From NCBI GenBank assembly GCA_049971295.1, contig JBMFLH010000004.1:1-48807 (forward strand): a stretch of DNA of 48,807 nucleotides. Reading direction: 5' to 3'. The position numbers were made by a program, and so were the translations under genes. Source of the stretch: Candidatus Ratteibacteria bacterium (GTDB lineage Bacteria > Ratteibacteria > UBA8468 > B48-G9 > DTJG01). Under the pieces are notes generated by a model. That model searched no databases. It was given only the letters and a program-made list of their open reading frames with translations, and was not told where the DNA came from. Positions 28,734-38,110 of this stretch are shown here, in pieces; position 1 is the stretch's first letter; each line of letters starts with the position of its first letter.

Positions 28734-29411
28734 TCATTCTTCTATTTTGTAACCAACGCCCCTGACATTTTTTATAAATTTGCCTGCTTCACCGAGTTTT
28801 TCCCTTAGTTTTTTTATATGCACGTCGATGGTTCTGTCAATTACTGCTTTTTCTCCGTGCCACAGAAGTTCAAGAATTGTTTCTCTTGTTAAAACCCAAC
28901 CCTTTTTACTTAATAGTATTTTGAGAATGTTAAACTCTGTGGTTGTCAGACATATTTTTTTATTTTTTATCCTGACTTCATACTTTTTTAGGTCGACTTT
29001 AAGAATATCTCCAACAGCCAATGTTTCTTCTTTTACAGTATGGCGTCGTAAAACACTTCTTACCCTTGCAACAAGTTCTTTTGGAGAAAAGGGCTTGGTG
29101 ACATAATCATCTGCACCTAATTCAAGGCCCAGGATTTTATCAGATTCATCGGACCTGGCAGTAAGAATAATAATAGGGATGGTTTGATAATCAGGGTTTG
29201 ATTTCAGATACTTACAGATTTCAAAACCGTCTGCATCAGGTAGCATTAAGTCAAGAATTACAAGGTCTGGAATTTGATTTTTTAGAAAATTGAAAAACTG
29301 ATGAGAAGACTGAAATTCAATTGCGATGAAACCTGATTTCCTTAGATGCAGGGCAACAAGGTTGGATACGTCCTTTTCATCTTCGACAATATAAACAGTT
29401 TTTCCATTCAT
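28734..29411 (-). CDS. phoB: OmpR/PhoB family response regulator
   Basis: VEDE, LDLMLP, LELGADDYVTKPF, RTIDVHIKKLREKL, VRGVGY; adjacent to phoR and pst. Confidence 0.88.
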   Translation of the reverse strand: MNGKTVYIVEDEKDVSNLVALHLRKSGFIAIEFQSSHQFFNFLKNQIPDLVILDLMLPDADGFEICKYLKSNPDYQTIPIIILTARSDESDKILGLELGADDYVTKPFSPKELVARVRSVLRRHTVKEETLAVGDILKVDLKKYEVRIKNKKICLTTTEFNILKILLSKKGWVLTRETILELLWHGEKAVIDRTIDVHIKKLREKLGEAGKFIKNVRGVGYKIEE

Positions 29412-29417
29412 GAGGTT

Positions 29418-29423
29418 ATTATA
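29418..29423 (-). promoter_or_regulatory. -10 element 6 nt before the phoB ATG (leaderless geometry)
   Basis: Minus strand TATAAT-aacctc-ATG; no SD; no good -35. Confidence 0.5.
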
Positions 29424-29449
29424 ATATGAAAGGCGGTTAATAAAAAGGA

Positions 29450-30532
29450 CTATTCAAGTACAAATCTTTTGTTTACGAATAAGTCGATACAGGCTTCAAC
29501 AACCTGCTCATCAAAATGTTTCCCTTTCAACTGCTTTAATTCATCAATTGCTTCAGAAAGGGATTTTTGTTTTCTATAAGGTCTATGAGAAAGCATTGCT
29601 TCAATAGAGTCAGCAACAGCAAGGATTTTTGCTTCAAAAATAATTTTGTCTTTTTTTAGGCCATGAGGATATCCAGAGCCATCCAGCCGTTCGTGGTGTT
29701 GAAGAACTGTTTCTGCTACAGGCCATGGAAATTCAATTTTTTTCAGTATTTCATACCCTGATAATGGATGCATTTTTACTATGTTGTATTCATAGGAATT
29801 CAGTTTCCCTGGTCTATTTAAAATTTCTGCCGGTACAACAATCTTTCCCACATCGTGGAGTAGTCCTGTAAGCAAAATACCCTCAGCATCTTCTTGTCGC
29901 ATTCCCAGATTCAGCGCAATGGCATGAGCCAGTGCTGCCACTCTTCTTTCATGTCCTGCAGTGAGGGGGTCTCTTTTTTCCACAGTGGTGGAAAGCGCAC
30001 CCACTGTGCCAACAAGTGTCTTTTTCAATCTCTCATGACTTTCTTTAAGATATTCTTCAATTTCTTTCAGATAAGTAATGTCCCTGAGAACGAAGATTCC
30101 TGTTGTGTCTTTTGCTTGAACTGTTGGCACAGGGTCAACAGTAATTTCATACCATTTTCCATTGGTTTTTATTATATCTTTTTGCCTTGAAAGATTCTTT
30201 TTCATGTTGAAAAAAAGGGTTTTTAAGAGCAAAACGAGGGCTTCATCCTGAAACAGGTCATCAATTTTTTTGCCGATAATCTGATCAAATGGTTTTTTCA
30301 GGAAATTCGTCAGCGCACTATTACAGCGAATAACCGACATCTGGCTATCACTGAGGAATATGATTTCAGAAATCGAATCAAAAATGTTTCGCCATTCCTG
30401 GGCTACTTCGAAGAAGGCAGAATGCGGAAATGTTTTCAGAACTTCAATATCTCTGTGCGCCTGTTCAAGCTGGTTTTGAAGAAATTCAATCTTTTTTTCT
30501 AAATTATTCCTTCCATTTTTTTCCTGGGTCAT
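29450..30532 (-). CDS. PAS + HD-GYP domain protein (putative c-di-GMP phosphodiesterase)
   Basis: PAS-like segment; RDPLTAGHERRV, LLHDVGK, HHERLDGSGYP, AVAD, RPYR. Confidence 0.88.
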   Translation of the reverse strand: MTQEKNGRNNLEKKIEFLQNQLEQAHRDIEVLKTFPHSAFFEVAQEWRNIFDSISEIIFLSDSQMSVIRCNSALTNFLKKPFDQIIGKKIDDLFQDEALVLLLKTLFFNMKKNLSRQKDIIKTNGKWYEITVDPVPTVQAKDTTGIFVLRDITYLKEIEEYLKESHERLKKTLVGTVGALSTTVEKRDPLTAGHERRVAALAHAIALNLGMRQEDAEGILLTGLLHDVGKIVVPAEILNRPGKLNSYEYNIVKMHPLSGYEILKKIEFPWPVAETVLQHHERLDGSGYPHGLKKDKIIFEAKILAVADSIEAMLSHRPYRKQKSLSEAIDELKQLKGKHFDEQVVEACIDLFVNKRFVLE

Positions 30533-30559
30533 ATTGAGTTTTTATCAGAAACAGTTTGA

Positions 30560-31138
30560 TTATTTTGTTTCGCTGACGAGTTTTTTTATCAGGTCAGCGA
30601 TTTCATAATAATCAAATGGTTTCATCACACATACACTGGCGCCTTTGTGTTTTATCTTCTCAATATTTTCTTTTGTACCATAGCCAGTAATGGCAATAAT
30701 TTTTGTGTGTTGTGTAAGAGGATCTGACTTGATTTTGTCCACTATTTCGAAGCCGTCCATCCCTGGCATCACAATATCAATAATCGCGATATCAGGTTTA
30801 AAAGTGACTACCAATCTTCCTGCATCAAAACTATCTGTGGTTCCATAAACATCGTATGAAGGGCTGATTTTTTGAAGAAATAAGACAAGGGTTTTTACGA
30901 TGTGCGGTTCGTCGTCAACAATCAGAATTTTTATTTTTCTTCCATGCTTCTTCAGTACTGTTGAAGCAGATTTCAAAATGTTATCTATTTTGTTCTTCGG
31001 GATACGATAATGCCCACCTATTGTTTTAATAGCACTGATTTTTCCTGACCGTATCCAGTGGAATACTGTGACCCGCGAGCAATTCAGAATTCTTGCAATC
31101 TGACCTGTTGTGTAAAATTCATTACGCGGCTTTAACAT
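30560..31138 (-). CDS. Response regulator with N-terminal excisionase/MerR-like HTH and C-terminal REC domain
   Basis: YTTGQIARILNCSRVTVFHWI...KTIGGHYRIP; ILIVDDE, DIVMPGMDG, ITG, KPF. Confidence 0.85.
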   Translation of the reverse strand: MLKPRNEFYTTGQIARILNCSRVTVFHWIRSGKISAIKTIGGHYRIPKNKIDNILKSASTVLKKHGRKIKILIVDDEPHIVKTLVLFLQKISPSYDVYGTTDSFDAGRLVVTFKPDIAIIDIVMPGMDGFEIVDKIKSDPLTQHTKIIAITGYGTKENIEKIKHKGASVCVMKPFDYYEIADLIKKLVSETK

Positions 31139-31155
31139 ATTTATCCTTTTTTACA

Positions 31156-31183
31156 ATTTTAACATTCTATTTTTTCCTGTCAA
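31156..31183 (-). promoter_or_regulatory. sigma70 promoter for the HTH-REC / HD-GYP genes
   Basis: Minus strand TTGACA-N16-TAAAAT with TGn extension; SD AAGGA before ATG 31138. Confidence 0.7.
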
Positions 31184-31231
31184 GGGTGTCTTATTCCCGT
31201 ACGATGAAATCTTTTAATAAAATGATTTTTG

Positions 31232-31240
31232 TGATACAAT
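31232..31240 (+). promoter_or_regulatory. Extended -10 promoter candidate for the EF-G paralogue operon
   Basis: TG-a-TACAAT about 45 nt upstream of the start; weak -35. Confidence 0.45.
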
Positions 31241-31285
31241 ATTTAAAAAGTAAATTTTCCTGTTCAATTTTAATGGAGGTGGTTG

Positions 31286-33298
31286 GTGGCATCAGTTTAT
31301 AATTTTGGATTATTCGGACACAGTCGTTCGGGCAAAACAATCCTTGCCGAAGCCATACTGTTTAAGGCAGGCGTCATAGATAGAATGGGTGATATCAATC
31401 AGGGTAATACAACAATGGACTACGAAGATGAGGAAAAGCGGAGGTTGATGAGTACCAATCTTGCTGTGGCGCATTTTCAGTGGAGAAAAGCAATCTGTCA
31501 TATGGTGGATTGCCCTGGTTATATGGACTTTGTCGGCGAACAGATTTCTTGTGTGGAATCCGTTGATGTGGGAATTATCAATATTGCTGCAGATAGCGGA
31601 ATCGAGGTTGGTACAGAAAAGGCGTGGGAGATGTTGAAGAACAGGAAATTACCGGTCATGATCTTTATAAACAAGCTTGACGCCGAACAGGCGGACTTTC
31701 CATCAGTGTTGAAACAGATAAACGATTGGATTGGTAAAAAGGCGGTGTGCGTGACTGCCCCTGTATTTTCTGGGAATAAAATTCAATCTGTCGTTAATCT
31801 TCTCGATCCATCAAACCAGGAAAAACAGGAGTTTCAAACCCTTGTTCAAAACCTTCTTGATTCAGTTGCTGAGATTGATGACGCTTTGATGGAAAAGTAT
31901 CTTGGCGGTGAAAAACTGACAAAAGAAGAAATCACATCCACAATTAAAAAAGGGATTATGGAATCTTCAATCATTCCTGTATGTTGTGGGTCTGGACTTA
32001 ATCAGATAGGTGTGGAACAGATGCTTGATTTTATTGTAAGTTATCTGCCATCAAGTTCTGAACTTCCTCCTTTGAAGGCGAAGAATCAAAAAGGAGAAGA
32101 AATTGAAGTAAAGCGAGGAGAAAGCGAACCTCTTTCTGGTATCGTGTTTAAAACCTACAATGACCCTTTTATGGGAAGAATTTCTTATTTGAAAGTTCGT
32201 TCGGGGACTCTGGTTTCTAATACGGGTTTTTACAATGCAACCTCTGGTTCAAAAGAAAGAGTGGGACAACTGTTCAAATTGAGAGGTAAAAAACAGGAAC
32301 TTGTTGCAGAGGCGTTTTCAGGAGAAATTGTTGCAGTTGCAAAATTAACCGGCTTCAAAACTTTTGATTCTTTTTCTGACCCCAATTTTCCTGTTGTTTA
32401 TCCGGTACCTTCAATTCCAGAAGCAGCAGTATCGTTTTCTCTTGCCCCAAAAGTAAAAGGAACAGAGGATAAATTGGGAGCTGCGATTTCAAAAATTATG
32501 GATGAAGACCCAACCATTAAGGTTTTCAGAGATACAGAGACAAATGAAACCATCATATCTGGAATGGGAGATGTTCACCTTGATGTTGTGATTGGCAAGT
32601 TCAAGGAAAAGTTTGGAGTTGAGGTAATAAGGGGCACACCAAAAATTGCTTATAAAGAGACGATTACAACGAGTGCTTCAGCAGAGGGTAAACACAAAAA
32701 GCAAACCGGTGGCAGAGGCCAATATGGGCATTGCTTTTTAAGGGTTGAACCCTTGCCCAGGGGTGCGGGTTTTGAGTTTGTCGACGAGATTTTTGGTGGA
32801 GCGATTCCAAGGCAATATATACCATCTGTTGAAAAAGGTGTGAGAGAAGCAATGTCCAAAGGTGTTCTTGCAGGGTATCCGATTGTTGACATCAAGGTGA
32901 CAGTTTATGACGGATCTTATCATGTGGTAGATTCGTCTGATATTGCGTTTCAACTTGCCGGGATACTTGCTCTTCAAAAAGCAGTTGCTGAAGCAAAGCC
33001 AGTTCTTCTTGAACCCATTATGAATGTAGAGGTTTCTGTTCCACAGGAGTTTGTTGGCGATGTGATGGGAACAATCAACGCCAAAAGAGGAAGAGTTCTT
33101 GAAATGACCACACATGGAAACAGTCAGGTTATTAGAGCTCAGGTTCCTCTTGCTGAAATGTCCAATTATGCAACAGAGTTAAGATCCTTGACAAGTGGAA
33201 GAGGAACTTTTGTAATGAGTTTTTCCCATTATGAAGAGGTGCCACCCCATTTAGCGGAAAAAATTATTGAGGCAAAAAAATCAAAGTCAGAGGCATGA
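31286..33298 (+). CDS. fusA: Elongation factor G paralogue (EF-G II type)
   Basis: Five-domain EF-G layout (GMGDVHL, KKQTGGRGQYG, DGSYHVVDSS, LLEPIM) with divergent G motifs GHSRSGKT and DCPGY; outside the str operon; GTG 31286 follows GGAGGT. Confidence 0.9.
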   Translation: MASVYNFGLFGHSRSGKTILAEAILFKAGVIDRMGDINQGNTTMDYEDEEKRRLMSTNLAVAHFQWRKAICHMVDCPGYMDFVGEQISCVESVDVGIINIAADSGIEVGTEKAWEMLKNRKLPVMIFINKLDAEQADFPSVLKQINDWIGKKAVCVTAPVFSGNKIQSVVNLLDPSNQEKQEFQTLVQNLLDSVAEIDDALMEKYLGGEKLTKEEITSTIKKGIMESSIIPVCCGSGLNQIGVEQMLDFIVSYLPSSSELPPLKAKNQKGEEIEVKRGESEPLSGIVFKTYNDPFMGRISYLKVRSGTLVSNTGFYNATSGSKERVGQLFKLRGKKQELVAEAFSGEIVAVAKLTGFKTFDSFSDPNFPVVYPVPSIPEAAVSFSLAPKVKGTEDKLGAAISKIMDEDPTIKVFRDTETNETIISGMGDVHLDVVIGKFKEKFGVEVIRGTPKIAYKETITTSASAEGKHKKQTGGRGQYGHCFLRVEPLPRGAGFEFVDEIFGGAIPRQYIPSVEKGVREAMSKGVLAGYPIVDIKVTVYDGSYHVVDSSDIAFQLAGILALQKAVAEAKPVLLEPIMNVEVSVPQEFVGDVMGTINAKRGRVLEMTTHGNSQVIRAQVPLAEMSNYATELRSLTSGRGTFVMSFSHYEEVPPHLAEKIIEAKKSKSEA

Positions 33299-33299
33299 T

Positions 33300-33842
33300 A
33301 TGGTCAGGGTAGTTGTGGAAAACATTGTTCTTAATATCGCAACAAGCACGCCGATCGTGATTCTTAAGGATACGCAGACAGGAGGTATTCTGCCCATTGT
33401 GATCGGTTTATTTGAAGCTCAGGCAATTCTTCTGGTACTTGAGAAAGAAGAATTTTCGCGACCACTGACCCACGATCTTTTAAAATCAGTGATAGAACAT
33501 ATGAACGGAAAGATTGTAAAACTTGAAATTCATTCTTTGAAAGAAAACACATATTATGCCAATCTGATTATTGAAACAGATAAAGGTCAGATTAAAGTGG
33601 ATTGCAGACCGAGCGATGGTATCGCTCTTGCTTTAAGGGCATCTGCACCGATATTTGCTTCAGAGAATTTGATTGAGTCGCCTGATGTTATAAAATATTA
33701 CACAGGAAAAGAATCTTTAAAGGCTTCGCCTTCTGATAGACCTATTAATCAGAAGGAAGCAGAAGAATTTCGAAAATATCTTGAGCAGTTAAATGCACGG
33801 GATTTCTGGAAAAAATTAAAAGAAGAAACAGAAGAACCTTGA
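33300..33842 (+). CDS. Bifunctional nuclease family protein (DUF151)
   Basis: LPIVIGLFEAQAI, RPLTHDL, DCRPSDGIALALR. Confidence 0.9.
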   Translation: MVRVVVENIVLNIATSTPIVILKDTQTGGILPIVIGLFEAQAILLVLEKEEFSRPLTHDLLKSVIEHMNGKIVKLEIHSLKENTYYANLIIETDKGQIKVDCRPSDGIALALRASAPIFASENLIESPDVIKYYTGKESLKASPSDRPINQKEAEEFRKYLEQLNARDFWKKLKEETEEP

Positions 33843-33857
33843 AAGGGGGGTTGGGAT

Positions 33858-34607
33858 ATGTCAGGACACAATAAATGGGCAAGTATCAAGCACAAGAAAA
33901 TGGCAATGGACGCAAGGCGTGGAAAAATGTTCACCAAGATTATTCGTGAAATCATGATGGCGGCTAAATTAGGGGGAGGAAACCCTGATAGCAATCCGCA
34001 TCTTCGCATGGCGATTGAACGTGCCAGAAGTATCAATATGCCAAATGATAACATTCAGAGAGCCATTAAGAAAGGTACCGGTGAAGAAGGCGGTGTGATT
34101 CTGGAATCAGTTAGCTACGAAGGATACGGCCCTGGTGGAGTTGCAATTCTGGTGGAAACATTAACTGATAATAAACGCAGGACTGCCGCTGAAATTCGTT
34201 CGATATTTTCCCGTCATAGTGGAAATCTTGGAGAAAGTGGTTGTGTATCGTGGATGTTTGAGAGAAAAGGCGTTGTGACAGTAAAAAATAAAGAAATCGA
34301 TGAGGAAAGACTCCTTTCGCTTGTTCTTGATGCAGGTGCAGAGGATTTGAAACTTGACAACGATGTATCTGAGATTGTGTGCGCACCTGATAAACTTGAA
34401 TCAGTGAAGAAAATTCTGGAAGAACACAAAATCCCTGTGGAAAGCGCTTCTGTCACACTGATTCCAAAAAATACAGTCAGGGTAGAGGGAAAAGAAGCAG
34501 AACAACTTTTGAAACTGCTTGATGAGCTTGAAGAACATGACGATGTCCAGAATGTTCATTCAAACTTTGACATTCCTGACGAATTGATTGAGGCGATGTC
34601 CCGTTGA
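33858..34607 (+). CDS. yebC: YebC/PmpR family protein
   Basis: [38 protein letters not shown]. Confidence 0.96.
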   Translation: MSGHNKWASIKHKKMAMDARRGKMFTKIIREIMMAAKLGGGNPDSNPHLRMAIERARSINMPNDNIQRAIKKGTGEEGGVILESVSYEGYGPGGVAILVETLTDNKRRTAAEIRSIFSRHSGNLGESGCVSWMFERKGVVTVKNKEIDEERLLSLVLDAGAEDLKLDNDVSEIVCAPDKLESVKKILEEHKIPVESASVTLIPKNTVRVEGKEAEQLLKLLDELEEHDDVQNVHSNFDIPDELIEAMSR

Positions 34608-35113
34608 AAGTAAACAATAGTATCACTGTGATGGGCGTGGATCCCGGCCTTAATAGTTTCGGATACGGGATTATTTCTGAAGATACAAGGATACTTCATC
34701 CCTTGAAATACGGGCAACATTCAGTTCCAAAAGGTATTTCTTTTAATGATAAACTTGTTTATATTGGGAATACCTTTTCTTCAATTATTGAGGAAACCAG
34801 ACCTGATTTCATAGCAATAGAAAAGATATATGTGGCGAAGAATACTCAGATTGCTTTATCAATAGGAATTGTTTCAGGAATTATTGCTTACACGGGTATT
34901 TCAAAGGGAGTACAGGTTGCATTTATTACACCGGGCGAAATCAAGAAAACTATTACTGGTTCTGGTCAGGCAATCAAACAGCAGGTTTGTTTTATGGTTC
35001 AAAAATTGCTCAATTTACGAGAAAATCCGGGTGAGCATGCAATTGACGCGCTTGCAACAGCTATTTGCTTTGTTTCTATAAACAGATTCCATAATCTGGT
35101 GGGCAGGCTATGA
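34604..35113 (+). CDS. ruvC: Holliday junction resolvase
   Basis: [36 protein letters not shown]; lies between yebC and ruvA. Confidence 0.9.
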   Translation: MKVNNSITVMGVDPGLNSFGYGIISEDTRILHPLKYGQHSVPKGISFNDKLVYIGNTFSSIIEETRPDFIAIEKIYVAKNTQIALSIGIVSGIIAYTGISKGVQVAFITPGEIKKTITGSGQAIKQQVCFMVQKLLNLRENPGEHAIDALATAICFVSINRFHNLVGRL

Positions 35114-35691
35114 TATGTTCGGTTGAAGGCAAACTTGTTAATAAATCTCCAATGGAGATTGTTGTTGATGTTTCAGGTATTGGCTATATTATAAAGGTGC
35201 CACTATCAACTTCCAGTGTTTTGCCAGATGAAGGCGCCGTCGTGCGACTTTTTACCACTCTCATGATCAGAGAAGAAAATATAGAACTTTATGGATTTGC
35301 GACAGAGAAAGAATGGAAAATTTTTCAAAAGATGATTCTTCTTCCAGGAGTCGGTCCAAAAATGGCATTGAGAATACTTTCAAGATTGACTCCTGACGAG
35401 GTTATTAACGCAGTAATTTCTCAGGATATCGATTTTCTCAAAAGGACTCCTGGCATTGGGAAGAAAACAGCGGAACGACTTGTTATGGAATTGAAGCATC
35501 ACATAGAAGACATGGAATTTGTTTCTGAAGAACTTTCAATGGACTTTATTCCTGAAGCAATTGAAGCATTGACTGTTCTGGGTTATAAAAGAAATGATGC
35601 ACAACAGATTGTGAGAAAGACCGCAAAAGAGATGGAGAAAAAACCCGAAAGCCTTGAAATGTTTCTCAAGGAAATTTTGAAGCGGATGTAA
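35110..35691 (+). CDS. ruvA: Holliday junction branch migration protein
   Basis: VSGIGY, REE..LYGF, PGVGPKMAL, PGIGKKTAERL, EALTVLGY. Confidence 0.95.
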   Translation: MICSVEGKLVNKSPMEIVVDVSGIGYIIKVPLSTSSVLPDEGAVVRLFTTLMIREENIELYGFATEKEWKIFQKMILLPGVGPKMALRILSRLTPDEVINAVISQDIDFLKRTPGIGKKTAERLVMELKHHIEDMEFVSEELSMDFIPEAIEALTVLGYKRNDAQQIVRKTAKEMEKKPESLEMFLKEILKRM

Positions 35692-35692
35692 T

Positions 35693-36715
35693 ATGGAAGA
35701 AAGAATCACATCTCCTGTGCCAACCAACGAAGACCTCAAATACGAGAGTTCATTAAGGCCAAATACATTTGAAGAATTCGTTGGTCAGGAAAGGGTTAAG
35801 GAAAATCTCTCAATTTTCATTCAATCCGCAAGAATGAGAAAGGATGTTCTTGACCACGTTTTGCTTTATGGACCTCCTGGACTTGGCAAAACGACGCTGG
35901 CTTATATTATTGCAAACGCACTCGGAGTGAATATTCGCGCAAGTTCCGGTCCTGTTCTTGAAAAGGCAGGAGATCTTGCAGGTATTCTTACAAATCTTGA
36001 TAATGGAGATATCTTTTTTATTGATGAAATTCATCGTTTGCCCAGACAGGTGGAGGAATACCTTTACAGTGCAATGGAGGACTTTACAATTGATATCATG
36101 CTTGGAGAAGGACCAAAGGCAAAATCAGTTAAAATCCCGCTCAAACCATTTACTCTTATTGGCGCAACAACGAGAATTGGATTACTGACATCTCCTCTTC
36201 GCAACCGTTTTGGTATCATCCACAGATTGGACTACTATTCGATTGAAGAACTTACCAGCATCATTTTAAGATCCTGTAAATTGTTAAACTTCAACATCAG
36301 TCAGGACGGTGCAAAAGAAATTGCAAGAAGATCACGCGCCACACCGAGAATTGCCAATAGACTACTTAGAAGGGTTCGCGATTATGCGCTGGTAAAGGGC
36401 AAACAATGTATTGATGGAGAAATTGCTGCATATGCCTTGAACCAGATGGCAGTTGACCAGCAGGGACTTGATGATATGGACAAAAAAATCCTGGAGACCA
36501 TTATTGAAAAATTTGGTGGTGGACCTGTTGGTATCAAAAGTTTGGCTATTGCTGTGGGAGAAGAACCCGACACAATTGAAGAAGTTTATGAGTCATATCT
36601 GGTGAAGGAAGGTTTTATCAGCAGAACCCCGCAGGGCAGGGTGGCAAACGAAAAGGCCTATCAGCATTTGAATATCCAGTCAAAAAAATCACCAGGACTA
36701 TTTTCGGATGCTTGA
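35693..36715 (+). CDS. ruvB: Holliday junction helicase
   Basis: SLRP, GPPGLGKTTLA, FIDEIHR, LYSAMED, GATTR, GGPVG, RTPQGR. Confidence 0.97.
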   Translation: MEERITSPVPTNEDLKYESSLRPNTFEEFVGQERVKENLSIFIQSARMRKDVLDHVLLYGPPGLGKTTLAYIIANALGVNIRASSGPVLEKAGDLAGILTNLDNGDIFFIDEIHRLPRQVEEYLYSAMEDFTIDIMLGEGPKAKSVKIPLKPFTLIGATTRIGLLTSPLRNRFGIIHRLDYYSIEELTSIILRSCKLLNFNISQDGAKEIARRSRATPRIANRLLRRVRDYALVKGKQCIDGEIAAYALNQMAVDQQGLDDMDKKILETIIEKFGGGPVGIKSLAIAVGEEPDTIEEVYESYLVKEGFISRTPQGRVANEKAYQHLNIQSKKSPGLFSDA

Positions 36716-37424
36716 AATAAAAAATATTAGCAAGAAATTCGGAAAAAAGCAGATTATAAAAGATGTTTCTCTCCATCTTGAAAAAGGTGAAATTGTGGGA
36801 CTATTGGGACCCAATGGTGCGGGTAAAACTACAACATTTAATATTGCCATGGGCTTTTTACTTCCTGATAATGGACAAATTTATTTGAATGGCACGGAAA
36901 TTACAAAACTTCCTGTTTTTCAGAGGGCAAAACTCGGCATGGCATATCTTTTTCAGGAACCCGCCATTTTTCATAGATTGACTGTGATTGAAAATCTGAT
37001 TATTATTCTTGAAAACTTTGTCAACAATCGCGAAAAGCAGAGGCAACTTGCAATGGAATTACTAAAGAAAATGGGAATAGAACATCTTTCAGAAAATATT
37101 GCAGGAACCCTATCAGGCGGAGAAAAAAGGCGACTTGAGATCGCAAGAAGCTTGATTAATAATCCAGATTTCATTCTTCTGGATGAACCATTTTCGGGTA
37201 TTGATCCAAAAACTGTTTCAGAAATCAAGTCTATGATTCTTGATTTAAAAAAAGACAATGTTGGAATTCTTATTACTGACCACAATGTGCGGGATGCCCT
37301 CAGCATTACTGACAGGGCGTACTTGATTTATGATGGCTCTATTTTAATAGAAGGAAAGCCACAGGAAATTCTGAATGACTTCAGGAGTCGTCAGGTTTAC
37401 TTTGGCGAGGAGTTTCAATTATGA
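36708..37424 (+). CDS. lptB: LPS export ABC transporter ATPase
   Basis: GLLGPNGAGKTT, LSGGEKRRLEIAR, LLDEPFSGIDP, GILITDHNVR, VYFGEEF. Confidence 0.92.
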   Translation: MLEIKNISKKFGKKQIIKDVSLHLEKGEIVGLLGPNGAGKTTTFNIAMGFLLPDNGQIYLNGTEITKLPVFQRAKLGMAYLFQEPAIFHRLTVIENLIIILENFVNNREKQRQLAMELLKKMGIEHLSENIAGTLSGGEKRRLEIARSLINNPDFILLDEPFSGIDPKTVSEIKSMILDLKKDNVGILITDHNVRDALSITDRAYLIYDGSILIEGKPQEILNDFRSRQVYFGEEFQL

Positions 37425-38110
37425 AAAAGATTCCAGTACATGTGGCGATTATTATGGATGGAAATGGTAGATGGGCTCAGGCAAAAGGATTGCCGAGAAT
37501 AGCAGGCCACAAAGAAGGGATTTCTTCTGTAAGAAAGGTTGTGAAAGTTGCAACAGATACAGGTGTCAAATATCTTACGCTTTACTCTTTTTCTACAGAA
37601 AACTGGAAAAGACCGCCTGGAGAGGTGGAATTTCTTTTTTCTCTCATGGAAACGACGCTGGCGAAAGAAATGAAGGAATTACACGATAATAACATTAGGG
37701 TTAGGTTCATCGGAAGAATCAGAGCACTGCCTGAAAAACTACAAAAGCTTATCAGGAACACAGAAGAATTGACCGCAAATAACACGGGATTGAACCTGAC
37801 ATTCGCCGTAAACTATGGTGGCAGACAGGAGATTATTGACGCATTTAAGAGGTTTGTGAATTCAAATTATTCTATTGACAAACTTGACGAACTTTCTTTG
37901 CGGGAATTTTTATACTGTCCGGAATTACCTGATGTTGATCTTGTGATAAGAACAGCTGGCGAACAGAGATTGAGTAATTTTTTGATATGGCAGTCAATAT
38001 ATGCAGAATTTTATTTTACAGACACACTGTGGCCTGATTTTTCAGAAGTAGATTTCAAAAAGGCAATGGATGAGTTTACCAGGAGAAAAAGGAGATTTGG
38101 CGGTTTATGA
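37421..38110 (+). CDS. uppS: Undecaprenyl diphosphate synthase
   Basis: HVAIIMDGNGRWA, FSTENWKRP, NYGGR, IRTAGEQRLSNFLIWQ, RRFGG. Confidence 0.96.
   Translation: MKKIPVHVAIIMDGNGRWAQAKGLPRIAGHKEGISSVRKVVKVATDTGVKYLTLYSFSTENWKRPPGEVEFLFSLMETTLAKEMKELHDNNIRVRFIGRIRALPEKLQKLIRNTEELTANNTGLNLTFAVNYGGRQEIIDAFKRFVNSNYSIDKLDELSLREFLYCPELPDVDLVIRTAGEQRLSNFLIWQSIYAEFYFTDTLWPDFSEVDFKKAMDEFTRRKRRFGGL

Noticed and set aside
30560-31138. Excisionase-like HTH as a sign of a mobile element
   Set aside because: It is fused to a REC domain, a known regulator architecture, and no integrase or att site is nearby.
31150-31164. TTTACA...TTAACA as a second Pho box
   Set aside because: The period is 9 bp, not 11, and it is explained by the minus-strand extended -10 element.
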